A stretch of 64,000 bases of DNA from Thermodesulfobacteriota bacterium (lineage in GTDB: Bacteria > Desulfobacterota_D > UBA1144 > Nemesobacterales > JAJCZQ01): NCBI GenBank assembly GCA_965203965.1, contig CBDBDR010000017.1:278440-342439 (forward strand), given 5' to 3'. A model generated the notes under the pieces. It worked only from the letters and a program-made list of their open reading frames with translations, did no database searches and was not told the DNA's origin. This document shows positions 51,027 through 60,726 of the stretch, one piece after another (position 1 is the first letter of the stretch; each line of letters opens with the position of its first letter). Position numbers and translations under genes: made by a program.

Positions 51027-52574
51027 TTAAGAGGCATAATATTTCAGCATTTCGGATACAAGTCCTTCAATAGTGTGCTTTGATGCTGTGATCTCGGGTT
51101 TAAATCCATTGGAGATCAGCGTGTCGGAAGTTATTGGGCCTATGGAAGCACAGTTTGTGTTGTGCAGATATTTAGAGTTTTTGTCTAGGATCTTTAGCAT
51201 GTTGATCACAGTTGATGAACTTGTGAAAGCAATAAGGTCAATTCCACCTGATCTCAATTTGTCTATGAACTCTTTTTTTAATGAAGGTTTTATTTTTGGT
51301 ATTACAGTTTCATAGCAACTTGCGATAGTAACTTTACCTTTCATCTCTTTCAAAGTTTTGGGCAATGTGTCTCTTGCAACTTTTGCTCTTGGTATTAAAA
51401 ATCGCCGTCCCTTTATTTCACTTGGTTTAAGGCTCTCAATTATGCCTTCTGCAGTGTAGTTGTGGGGGATAATATCGGCTGATAATCCGTAGCTTTTTAG
51501 TTCAGAACCAGTTTTTTCTCCAATTACCACTATTTTCTTTTCGGAAAATATCCTTGAATCCAGACCTTTACTGAATATCCTTGAAAAAAAGTATTTAACA
51601 CCGTTGACGCTGGTAAATATCACGTAGTCAAACTTGCTTATAGATTTTATGGTCTTGTCAACTTGTTCCCATGAACTTGTCGGAATTGTCTCTATCGTTG
51701 GAAACTCAATTACATTGGCACCATAGGAACTTAGCAGGTCATAGAATGCCGAAGACTGATCTTCAGCTCTTGTAATAACTATGTTCTTTCCAAAGAGAGG
51801 CTTCTTTTCATACCAACTCACTTGCTTTTTCAGATTTACTATTTTTCCCACTAATATAATTGCTGGAGATTTTATAGCAGGGTCCGAGCGTATAAGTCCC
51901 GCTATACTGTCAATCGTGCCTTTAACTGATCTTTGCGTTGGTATTGTCCCCTGTGAGATCACCATCGCAGGTGTGTTTTTGGGTATTTTTTCCTCTATTA
52001 GCTTTTTCATAATGAGGTGGATGTTTTTCAGGGACATTAAAAAGATCAGGGTTTCTTGTTCTGATATTGCTTTCCAGTTCAGCTTGGGATCTGATTTAAA
52101 TGGATTTTCATGCCCTGTGATCACAGTAAAAGAGGAGTTGTATTCTCTATGAGTAAGTGGCACACCTGAATAAGCTGGAACAGAACTGACGGAACTGACG
52201 CCGGGAACTATCTCTATCACTATATTGGCTTTAACCAGTGCTTCTGCTTCTTCTCCCCCGCGACCGAATATGAAGGGGTCTCCTCCCTTTAACCTCACTA
52301 CGGTTTTCTTTCTTCTGGCATGGTATATGAGTTTTTTATTTATCTCATTCTGAGTGCTTTCTTTCTGACCGGGGGTTTTTCCCACGTAGATCAGTTTTGC
52401 CGACTTTTTACAGAAATTTAACAGTCTTTTGTTTATAAGCGCATCGTATATGACAACGTCAGCGTATCGTAGTATTTTCTTGCCCTTTAAGGTCAGCAGT
52501 TCAGGATCACCGGGTCCGGCGCCCACGAGATAAACGACTGGCTCCATTATGTTTGAAAAAGAAACCGCAGGCAC
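51027..52574 (-). CDS. Uroporphyrinogen-III C-methyltransferase / uroporphyrinogen-III synthase fusion (CobA-HemD)
   Basis: N-terminal SUMT motifs (VGAGPGDPELLTLKG, VVRLKGGDPFIFGRGGEE) and a C-terminal HEM4-like half. 515 aa. Confidence 0.85.
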   Translation of the reverse strand: MPAVSFSNIMEPVVYLVGAGPGDPELLTLKGKKILRYADVVIYDALINKRLLNFCKKSAKLIYVGKTPGQKESTQNEINKKLIYHARRKKTVVRLKGGDPFIFGRGGEEAEALVKANIVIEIVPGVSSVSSVPAYSGVPLTHREYNSSFTVITGHENPFKSDPKLNWKAISEQETLIFLMSLKNIHLIMKKLIEEKIPKNTPAMVISQGTIPTQRSVKGTIDSIAGLIRSDPAIKSPAIILVGKIVNLKKQVSWYEKKPLFGKNIVITRAEDQSSAFYDLLSSYGANVIEFPTIETIPTSSWEQVDKTIKSISKFDYVIFTSVNGVKYFFSRIFSKGLDSRIFSEKKIVVIGEKTGSELKSYGLSADIIPHNYTAEGIIESLKPSEIKGRRFLIPRAKVARDTLPKTLKEMKGKVTIASCYETVIPKIKPSLKKEFIDKLRSGGIDLIAFTSSSTVINMLKILDKNSKYLHNTNCASIGPITSDTLISNGFKPEITASKHTIEGLVSEMLKYYAS

Positions 52575-52722
52575 GCCCCGTTGTCAAGTATGGTAAATTG
52601 CCGAGATGATCTATGACGTTTCAGGTTCTAACAAAATATGGGTTCAGAAAAAATAATACAGTAATAAAGTTTCTACAAATTTTCTCTTGACACACGGTTA
52701 TTTGTGCTTAAATTCTGGAATA

Positions 52723-53310
52723 ATGCAAAAGAAACTCGGTGATATTGCTACTGTTCAAATGGGATTTCCCTTTCGTTCACGTATTGAACCAGACGAGGAT
52801 GGAAATGTCTCTATTATTCAAATGAGCAATTTAGGAGAAAATAGTTTGAAGGCTCATACGGATCTGCTCAAGGTTTACCTAAAGAATATATCTCATAAGC
52901 ACTTAGTGAAACAAAAAGATTTGATCTTTCGTTCAAGGGGAAAAACAATAAATGCAGTGATAATTGATAAAGAAATTGAGCGAGCAGTCGTAGCGGCACC
53001 GTTAATTAGAATAAGAGTTACGGAAAAGGACGTTATTCCGGAATATCTTCTCTGGTTCATGAATCAGCCATTATCTCAAGCATTTTTGCACGGCAGAGCC
53101 ACCGGAACTTCAATGCCTATGATCGGTAAGTCAACTCTTGAAGATCTGCGGATTACTATCCCTGATCTTGAAACTCAAAGGCAAATCGTAATACTTGCTC
53201 ATTTATCGGACAAAGAGCAAAAACTAATGAAACGGTTGGCTAAGGCAAATGGTAGTTTAGTTCAAAAAACTTTGAAACAGTTGGTAACAGATCCTAAGAA
53301 GTCTTATTAG
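52723..53310 (+). CDS. hsdS: Type I RM specificity subunit, half-size (single target-recognition domain plus conserved region)
   Basis: ~195 aa with one target-recognition domain and the conserved helical region …LETQRQIVILAHLSDKEQKLMKRL… It is immediately upstream of hsdM. Confidence 0.7.
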   Translation: MQKKLGDIATVQMGFPFRSRIEPDEDGNVSIIQMSNLGENSLKAHTDLLKVYLKNISHKHLVKQKDLIFRSRGKTINAVIIDKEIERAVVAAPLIRIRVTEKDVIPEYLLWFMNQPLSQAFLHGRATGTSMPMIGKSTLEDLRITIPDLETQRQIVILAHLSDKEQKLMKRLAKANGSLVQKTLKQLVTDPKKSY

Positions 53311-53322
53311 AGGAGCAGAGAA

Positions 53323-54837
53323 ATGACAAATGGGACAATAGATCAAAAAAACATAGACAATGCTGCATGGTCTGCCTGCAACACTTTTCGTGGAGTGATG
53401 GACGCGTCCGTTTACAAGGACTACATACTCGTGATGTTGTTTCTCAAATATGTTTCGGATGTTTGGAAGAGCCATTATGAGAAATACAAAAAGCAATACG
53501 GAGACCACAAAGAGCGCATCAACCGCCTTCTTAAAAATGAGCGGTTTGTTTTGCCTAAAGACAGCAGTTTTTACAACCTGTATGAGAATCGTTCTGCTTC
53601 AAATATCGGTGAACTTATAAACATTGCGTTGACCGCATTTGAAGACGAAAACAAAGAGAAACTGGAGGGTGTTTTCCGCAACATTGACTTCAATAGCGAA
53701 ACAAATTTCGGCAAAACAAAAGACCGCAATCGCCGTCTTAAAACACTACTTGAAGATTTGAACAAACCAGAGTTGGATATGAGTCCAGATAATGTTACAG
53801 AAGACATTATCGGCAATACATACATCTATCTGATAGAGCGTTTTGCGTCCGATGCTGGCAAAAAAGCGGGAGAGTTCTACACACCTCACAAGGTTTCGGA
53901 GTTGGTAGCAAAGTTATGCGACCCCAAGCCCGGAGCACGCATTTGCGACCCTACTTGTGGTTCTGGAGGGCTTCTAATTGAAGCCGCGCGCGAAGTGGGT
54001 GGCGATGATTACTCTCTTTGTGGGATGGAAGTCAACGGAGGTACTTGGGCGCTTTGTCGGATGAATATGTTCCTTCACGGGATGGATTCAGCACGAATTG
54101 AATGGTGCAATACATTAACAGCCCCCGGACTCGTGGAAACCGACCGCCTGATGAGGTTTGACAATATTGTCGCAAATCCACCTTTCTCGTTGGATAAGTG
54201 GGGAGCGGAAGAAGCGGGAAACGACATTTACAAGCGTTTTTGGCGAGGAATTCCTCCCAAGTCTAAGGGGGATTACGCTTTCATCAGTCACATGGTGGAG
54301 GCAGCTCTGGAAAAGAAAGGGCGCATTGCGGTTGTTGTCCCACATGGTGTTTTATTCAGGGGCGCGGCAGAGGGGCGTATCCGTCGCCATTTAATAGAAG
54401 AAAATCTGCTGGATGCCGTCATCGGCTTACCGGGTAATCTTTTTCCAACCACGTCCATTCCGGTTGCTATCTTGGTGTTTGACCGTTCACGCGAGACAGG
54501 TGGTGCAAATGAGAAACTCAAGGATGTGTTGTTCATTGATGCAAGCCGTGAGTATGAGTCCGGAAAAAATCAGAACAAGCTACTGGACAAGCATATAGAA
54601 AAGATCGTTGACACATATAAAAAGCGTAAAAGTGTTGACAAATATGCGCATTTGGCAAAACCAGAAGAGATTGAAGAAAACGATTTCAACCTGAACATCC
54701 CGCGTTATGTGGACACCTTTGAGGAAGAAGAGGAGATAGATATAGACGCGGTGCAGCGAGAAATAGATCAACTGGAAAAAGAACTGTCCAAAGTGCGGAT
54801 GGAGATGGCGAAAAAAATGAAGGAGATTAAAAGATGA
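53323..54837 (+). CDS. hsdM: Type I RM N6-adenine DNA methyltransferase subunit
   Basis: N-terminal HsdM domain, motif I (DPTCGSGGLL), motif IV (NPPF). Confidence 0.9.
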   Translation: MTNGTIDQKNIDNAAWSACNTFRGVMDASVYKDYILVMLFLKYVSDVWKSHYEKYKKQYGDHKERINRLLKNERFVLPKDSSFYNLYENRSASNIGELINIALTAFEDENKEKLEGVFRNIDFNSETNFGKTKDRNRRLKTLLEDLNKPELDMSPDNVTEDIIGNTYIYLIERFASDAGKKAGEFYTPHKVSELVAKLCDPKPGARICDPTCGSGGLLIEAAREVGGDDYSLCGMEVNGGTWALCRMNMFLHGMDSARIEWCNTLTAPGLVETDRLMRFDNIVANPPFSLDKWGAEEAGNDIYKRFWRGIPPKSKGDYAFISHMVEAALEKKGRIAVVVPHGVLFRGAAEGRIRRHLIEENLLDAVIGLPGNLFPTTSIPVAILVFDRSRETGGANEKLKDVLFIDASREYESGKNQNKLLDKHIEKIVDTYKKRKSVDKYAHLAKPEEIEENDFNLNIPRYVDTFEEEEEIDIDAVQREIDQLEKELSKVRMEMAKKMKEIKR

Positions 54838-55055
54838 GCAAGATGCCAACAAATAAACATCATCAAACATTTGAGGATGCTTGTCGCCGTACGGAAAACG
54901 GCGCCGAATTTTGGTCTGCACGCGAACTTTTGTCCATTCTCGATTATGGAAGTTGGGATAAATTCAAGGCAGTCATTCATAAGTCTATAAGTGCTTGTGA
55001 GAATTCGGGCATGGTTTCCTCAGACCATTTTTCCCAGATGGGAAAAATGGTCTGA
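54834..55055 (+). pseudogene. DinD-like (DNA-damage-inducible protein D family) N-terminal fragment, 73 aa
   Basis: …HHQTFEDACRRTENGAEFWSARELLSILDYGSWDKFKAVIHKSISACENSG… resembles DinD N-termini. ATGA overlap with the hsdM stop; truncated. Confidence 0.4.
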
Positions 55056-55175
55056 AGGGTTCGGGTCGGAGGTAATGGCTAAACAGGAGAGAAAGGAACA
55101 GGCATTGTTGAAAAGGATAAAAAGGGCATAAAATAGGTATTTTTTGCCTATATCTACAACGACATATACACAAAA

Positions 55176-55745
55176 TTGAATTTTATGTACACATTAAGCA
55201 AACATATACATAATTTTGAGAGCATTCACCCGTTCCCTGACGGCAATGGTCGCATTGGTCGCGTGCTGAACGTGCTGTATCTGACGCACAAGGGGCTTTT
55301 AGACGCTCCCATCCTTTATTTGAGCCGAGCGATCAACCGCACAAAGCCAGACTACTACCGCTTATTGCAAGCCGTGCGTGAAGAGGGCGCATGGGAAGAA
55401 TGGATCATCTACATACTGAGTGCCGTTACAGAAACGGCAAAATCAACCTTGCAACTTGTATCGGGTATTCGGGAACTGATGGCTGAACACAAAAAACTTA
55501 TACGAGATGAACTGCCGAAAATCTACTCTCAGGACTTGTTGAATAATCTGTTTCGCAACCCCTATACGCGTATTGACTACGTGGCGAAAGACCTAACGGT
55601 TGACCGCAGAACAGCACGCAAGTATCTCAAACAATTAACTGAAAAGGGGATTGTGGAGGAAGTAAAGGCGGGGAGGAACAACTACTACATAAACAAAAAA
55701 CTGGTTGACCTGTTTGTCAGTGTCTCGGTGGAAGGGGATCAGTGA
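55176..55745 (+). pseudogene. Fic-family protein lacking the N-terminal half (begins just before the HPFPDGNGRIGR motif)
   Basis: Canonical Fic motif HPFPDGNGRIGR at residues 18-29, followed by a C-terminal wHTH-like region. A functional Fic fold needs ~100 aa upstream of the motif. Confidence 0.55.
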
Positions 55746-57895
55746 TGAGTAGGAAAGGGGAAAAGGAACGAGCGTTGCCCGATGGGTGGCAGGAAGTGAG
55801 GCTGGGGGACATAATGGAATTCAAAAATGGATTGAATACAGAGAAAGGAAACTATGGTAAGGGTGTAAAATTTGTGAACGTAATGGATGTTTTCAAGTTT
55901 AACTATCTTTATGAACATAATGTTGTTGGCTCTGTTCAAGTTAGTGAAAAAAACAGAATTGAATATTCAGTTAAATATGGGGATATCTTGTTTAATAGGA
56001 CATCTGAAATACTTAATGAGATTGCTATGTCATCTGTATATCTCGATGAGAAAAAAATAATCTTTGGAGGTTTTGTTATTAGAGGACGCCAAAAAATTAC
56101 TGCTCTTACTCCTCGATTTTCTATTTGTTGTCTTCAATCCAATAAAGTACGAAAAGAATTAATAAGACGAGGGCAAGGTGCCGTCCGAGCGAACATTGGA
56201 CAAAAAGATCTAGCGAAAATTCCTGTTGTTATTCCACCGCTCCCCGAACAAAAAGCCATCACCTCTTTACTGGAAACATGGGACACGGCGATTGAGAAAA
56301 CTGAAGCATTGATTGAGGCAAAGGAAAAGCGGTTCAAGTGGTTGCTGAAAACACTCATCAGCAATCAGCAAGACAATCCTGAATGGCGGGAAGTGAGGTT
56401 GGGGGATGTTACGAAGGTTATTGTAGGCCAGTCTCCAAAAGGGATTTTCTATAATACAGAGGGTGAGGGCATGCCCTTCTATCAAGGTAAATCTGAATTT
56501 GGGAAAATCTACATTAACAATCCTAATATGTGGACTACTCAAACAACTAAAACGGCAGAGAAAGGCGATATTCTTATGTCCATTAGAGCTCCTGTTGGGT
56601 CAATTAACCGTACAAATAACAAAATTTGCATTGGCCGAGGGCTTGCTAGTATTAGGGTTCATAGCATCAAACGAACGTTCTTATTTTTTTACTTGCAGTT
56701 TATCAAAAGCCAAATAATAGGAAATGGTGGCTCTATATTCAATTCGATTACTAAGCGTCAAGTTGAACAAATTCCAATTCTTTGCCCCCCAGTTTCTGAA
56801 CAAAAAGCCATTGCTGCTGTACTAAACACGGTACAACGTGAAATTGATCTACTGGAACAACTCACCCAACAATACCGCACACAAAAGCGCGTGCTGATGC
56901 AGAGATTATTGACAGGAGAATGGAGGACAAAGATGAATCGTTATATTCTGAGAATGGGCACTTACGAGTGTCCTAAAACAGTAATTAAAAAAGAAAGATT
57001 TGAACAATTAAAGGAAGCGAGAAATATCTTGTCAAAAGCATTGGTTTTTGAGGGGAATTACGAGATTATAGTGCATAATTACCTTGAGTTGGAAAAAGAA
57101 TTGATGGGAATTACTATTGAAGATATTGGTAGAACTTATTATAGTTATGATGATTTCTTCAATTATACACTTTCTTCTAATATCAGAGTATCAAACCTTC
57201 TGAATTCGGCAAAATTTTACATTGATACACTTTCGCAAACTCTCGAGAACTGCTTTCAAAATGAGGAAGTTTCTCCTGATATAAAACAAATAATCAAAGA
57301 GGATGAGGGCAACTCGCTTCTTGAATTTGTTTATGAACTAAGGAACTATCTTCAGCATGTTGATTTGCCAGTGCATAACACCTTAATAAATAGAAGATGG
57401 ACAGATGACAATCTTATGGAATATTCCACGCATATCTTTTCTTCAAAGAAATATCTTTCAGAGGATGAAAAGTCAGAATCAATACTTAAAAAAATGGAAG
57501 AACAAAAAATAATGAAAGAAGAAGAAATAAACCTAAACCTTACCATTAGACACTATGTAGAATTCATCAGTAAAATGCATATTCAAACGAGATCTAAGAT
57601 AGAAAAAAGAGTTAATGAGGCAAGAGATTGCATAGAATCTACGATTAAGGAATATTTAGACGAACATAGGATTAAGGAAAAGGAATATTTAGATGAAGAT
57701 GGGAAGTTTATAGGTTTTTTACATGCTTTCCATTTCAACCATAGTGAAATAGAAGAGAAAATTCCTTTGTTTCTGGATTACGACGATGTTCGTCTTAATC
57801 TAATACGTAAGAACAACAAAGAACTGGTTAATCTACATAAACGATATGTTACAACACGAGTTGATTCAGTAAATAAGAAGGAAATATCTAAATAA
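55742..57895 (+). CDS. hsdS: Type I RM specificity subunit HsdS (two target-recognition domains, aa ~1-395) fused in-frame to a ~320-aa Lys/Glu-rich C-terminal domain with an Rx4H (HEPN-like) motif; a candidate Abi_2-like abortive-infection domain
   Basis: Conserved HsdS central and C-terminal regions (…YRTQKRVLMQRLLTGEWRTK). There is no stop where the downstream repeat copies of this region carry their TGA, and the frame continues into MNRYIL… The motif ELRNYLQH sits at 57341-57358. Confidence 0.7.
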   Translation: MMSRKGEKERALPDGWQEVRLGDIMEFKNGLNTEKGNYGKGVKFVNVMDVFKFNYLYEHNVVGSVQVSEKNRIEYSVKYGDILFNRTSEILNEIAMSSVYLDEKKIIFGGFVIRGRQKITALTPRFSICCLQSNKVRKELIRRGQGAVRANIGQKDLAKIPVVIPPLPEQKAITSLLETWDTAIEKTEALIEAKEKRFKWLLKTLISNQQDNPEWREVRLGDVTKVIVGQSPKGIFYNTEGEGMPFYQGKSEFGKIYINNPNMWTTQTTKTAEKGDILMSIRAPVGSINRTNNKICIGRGLASIRVHSIKRTFLFFYLQFIKSQIIGNGGSIFNSITKRQVEQIPILCPPVSEQKAIAAVLNTVQREIDLLEQLTQQYRTQKRVLMQRLLTGEWRTKMNRYILRMGTYECPKTVIKKERFEQLKEARNILSKALVFEGNYEIIVHNYLELEKELMGITIEDIGRTYYSYDDFFNYTLSSNIRVSNLLNSAKFYIDTLSQTLENCFQNEEVSPDIKQIIKEDEGNSLLEFVYELRNYLQHVDLPVHNTLINRRWTDDNLMEYSTHIFSSKKYLSEDEKSESILKKMEEQKIMKEEEINLNLTIRHYVEFISKMHIQTRSKIEKRVNEARDCIESTIKEYLDEHRIKEKEYLDEDGKFIGFLHAFHFNHSEIEEKIPLFLDYDDVRLNLIRKNNKELVNLHKRYVTTRVDSVNKKEISK

Positions 57896-58030
57896 TAAAT
57901 GACTTCATCTCAATTATTATAAGATTGAACAAAATTGTTTGATCTTATAAATTCTTGAGGTCTATGAAAAGCCTTGGAATTAACAAGACCACAGGCTACC
58001 GAATTGGCTCAACGGCTCAAAAAGAAATAA

Positions 58031-58355
58031 ACTTGCTCAAACAATTATCTGAACAATACCGCACTCAAAAACGCGGGCTGATGCAGAAGTTGCTGACTGG
58101 AGAATGGAGGGTAAAGATATGATTACAAAAATCACGATGAACAATGTTACCAGTTTTAAAGAGAAAACCAGATTCATCTTTAACCGCTTGGGTTATGAAT
58201 TTTCTAATGCGGTTCAAACGCCCATTAAAGGCAGAGTTAGCCCTTCTACGTAAGGTCAAAGTTCTGGTTGGATCAGTGCGTCTTCTTTCTGCCATTATGG
58301 GTTTTACCTTTGAGCTTCATCCAAGCCACAAAACGTGGTAATGTAGTATAATTTT
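58031..58355 (+). repeat. Direct repeat R1 core (325 bp): an hsdS 3'-end copy (…QYRTQKRGLMQKLLTGEWRVKI*) plus a 45-codon 5' stub of an AAA_15/RloA-like ATPase gene (MITKITMNNVTSFKEKTRFIF…)
   Basis: ~93% identical to 59816-60140. A further homologous stretch (58440-58700 vs 60230-60480) extends each copy to ~650 bp. Confidence 0.8.
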
Positions 58356-58794
58356 CATTTACTAATAGTATAGTTTTTTCTGTATAATAATTTTCAGCAA
58401 TTCAGTATAGAAATAACGTTTTCTACATGATGAAACAAAGTTTGATCATTTGGAATTATACTGTTCCATGATCAGGTCTATAAAGAGTTTTACAATGGGT
58501 GAAGCCATTCCTCAGACTCAGTCGGCGGAGTTGTATTGGCGGTTACGAGAGCCAAGCGGGCAAAACCACGCTGGCGTATCGTACGAAAATGTTCAATACA
58601 TTGAACAAAATTGTTTGATCTGATAAATTCTTGAGGTCTATGAAAAGCCTTGGAATTAACAAGACCACAGGCTACTGAACTGGCTCAACAGCTCAAAAAG
58701 AAATAGACTTGCTCAAACAATTAGCAGAACGATACCGCACTCAAAAGCGCGGGCTGATGCAGAAGTTGCTGACTGGGGAGTGGAGAGTGAAGAG

Positions 58795-59742
58795 ATGAGC
58801 ACATCTTTTAAAATATTAAGCATAGATGGTGGAGGAGTGCGAGGAATTCTTCCCGCCAAGATACTGAAGCTCATGGAAGCCGAGCTCGGCATAGACGTAC
58901 ATGAAACCTTTGATCTCATTGTTGGCACTAGCACTGGTAGTATCATAGCTGGGGCAATCGCCGTAAAGTACAAATTGGCTAAATTAGTAAGTGATTACAA
59001 TGAAAATGCTCCGAAAGTTTTCAAGAAAAGATGGAATTTCATGGGGCTTTACAGATCTAAATACAGTTCAGCCTTCCTTGAAAGTTTTCTTCGTAAAATA
59101 TTTGGTGAGGTTACATTGGGAGAAATAGAAAAACCGCTCATTCTTAATGCTACAAATATCAGCGATGGTAATCTTCATGTTTTCAAGTCATCGTATCAAA
59201 AAAAACAACGAGAGGGGGAAGAGGAGCAGGTTTATAACAGGGATGGAGGAGTACCTTTGTACAAAGCAACTCTAGCCTCTTGTTCGGCACCAATTTATTT
59301 TGATCCGGTGAAGATAATATTTGATCCGGTGGATAAAGAAGAAAAACTTATTTGTGACGGGGGTATTTGGGCTAATAATCCTTCCTTGGTTGGATACAGT
59401 GACGCTATCAGGAATTTCAAGAATGTTGGAACCGATAATGTCAAGATCTTGTCTTTGGGAACTGGACAAACCAAGCAAATTTACCAACCAGCAAAAGCAT
59501 GGGGATACTTAACGGGATGGAAACATACGAAATTGATAGACTTCTCCATATCATGTCAGACAGAGTTTCCTAAAAATGTTTTGGAACTTATTGATTTAGA
59601 TAAAATTCTCAGGATCAACCCTTCTATTGATAATTACGAGATTGACAATTACCAAAGCATCCCAAAGTTAATGGAACTGGCTAAAAAGGAATTCAATAGT
59701 AGCAGTGAAAAAATTTCAAATTTTCTTAACATAAGAAGATAG
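58795..59742 (+). CDS. Patatin-like phospholipase (PNPLA family)
   Basis: Oxyanion hole SIDGGGVRGI, nucleophile elbow GTSTG (GxSxG), catalytic Asp motif CDGGIWANNP. ~316 aa. The start codon (GTG) overlaps the last hsdS 3'-end copy (copy B). Confidence 0.8.
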   Translation: MSTSFKILSIDGGGVRGILPAKILKLMEAELGIDVHETFDLIVGTSTGSIIAGAIAVKYKLAKLVSDYNENAPKVFKKRWNFMGLYRSKYSSAFLESFLRKIFGEVTLGEIEKPLILNATNISDGNLHVFKSSYQKKQREGEEEQVYNRDGGVPLYKATLASCSAPIYFDPVKIIFDPVDKEEKLICDGGIWANNPSLVGYSDAIRNFKNVGTDNVKILSLGTGQTKQIYQPAKAWGYLTGWKHTKLIDFSISCQTEFPKNVLELIDLDKILRINPSIDNYEIDNYQSIPKLMELAKKEFNSSSEKISNFLNIRR

Positions 59743-59815
59743 GAGACAAAAATTACAGTTTACGAGGAAAAATTTGTTCTCTTTTCTGATAGGTATTCCT
59801 GTCAAAAAGAAATGG

Positions 59816-60140
59816 ACTTGCTCAAACAATTAGCAGAACGATACCGCACTCAAAAACGCGGTTTGATGCAGAGGTTGTTGACTGGAGAATGGAGGGTGAA
59901 GATATGATCACAAAGATCACGATGAACAACATCACCAGTTTTAAAGAGAAAAGCAGATTCATCTTTAACCGCTTGGGTTATGAATTTTCTAATGAGGTTC
60001 AAACGCCCATTAAAGGCAGAGTTAGCCCTTCTACGTAAGGTTAAAGTTCTGGTTAGATCAGTGCGTCTTCTTTCTGCCATTATGCGTCTTACCTTTGAGC
60101 TTCATCCAAGCCACAAAACGTGGTAATGTAGTATAATTTT
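59816..60140 (+). repeat. Direct repeat R2 core (325 bp), copy of R1: hsdS 3' end (…LLTGEWRVKI*) plus the ATPase 5' stub
   Basis: See R1. Together R1 and R2 bracket the patatin gene. Confidence 0.8.
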
Positions 60141-60408
60141 TTCCACCCAATATGGAGAAAAAACTGTATAGAAATTTTTACTGATTGTTGTATAAAAATA
60201 GAATTATAAGGCTGAATTTTCGGCATTATATTGCTCCATGATCAGGTCTATAAAGAGTTTTACAATGAGTGAAGCCATTCCTCAGACTCAGTCGGCGGAG
60301 TTGTATTGGCGGTTACGAAAGCCAAGCAGGCAAGACCACGCTGGCGTACCGTACGAAAATGTTCAGTACATTGAACAAAATTGTTTCATCTGATAAACTT
60401 TCACATCT

Positions 60409-60687
60409 ATGAAAAGCCTGGAATTAACAAGACCACAGGCTACCGAACTGGCTCAACGGCTCAAAAAGCCTTGCCGGTTTATTCAGTCCATATCGGGGGC
60501 GAAGCAGAAAAGAAAAGTCGCTTTGCTGATATTGGGTGAGGTGCAGAAGTTTCCACACTGGTCAGCGATTGTAAAATATCTTTGGGATGAAGATAGTCGC
60601 ATGAAAAGAATGGTGGCGGCAAAGTGCCTGTTTCGTTTCCCAGATTGGACGTTTTTTGCAAAATATTCAAAACTGCTCAGCAGTTGA
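60409..60687 (+). pseudogene. Degenerate copy of the DUF4143 AAA ATPase gene (61018-62223) with two large internal deletions; the Walker A region is lost
   Basis: N-terminus MKSLELTRPQATELAQRLKKPCRFIQSISGAKQ matches the intact gene, then jumps to …KRKVALLILGEVQKFPHW…SRMKRMV…FPDWTFFAKYSKLL. Confidence 0.6.
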
Positions 60688-60726
60688 TCGTTTCCTGTCA
60701 ACGCCTGCGGAACATTGGTTAAATTG

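Noticed and set aside
58065-58295. 76-aa Arg-rich minus-strand ORFs (also 59850-60080) inside the direct repeats
   Set aside because: They lie antisense to the hsdS-tail/ATPase-stub coding sequence and exist in duplicate only because the repeat is duplicated. Their Arg-rich composition is typical of antisense frames.
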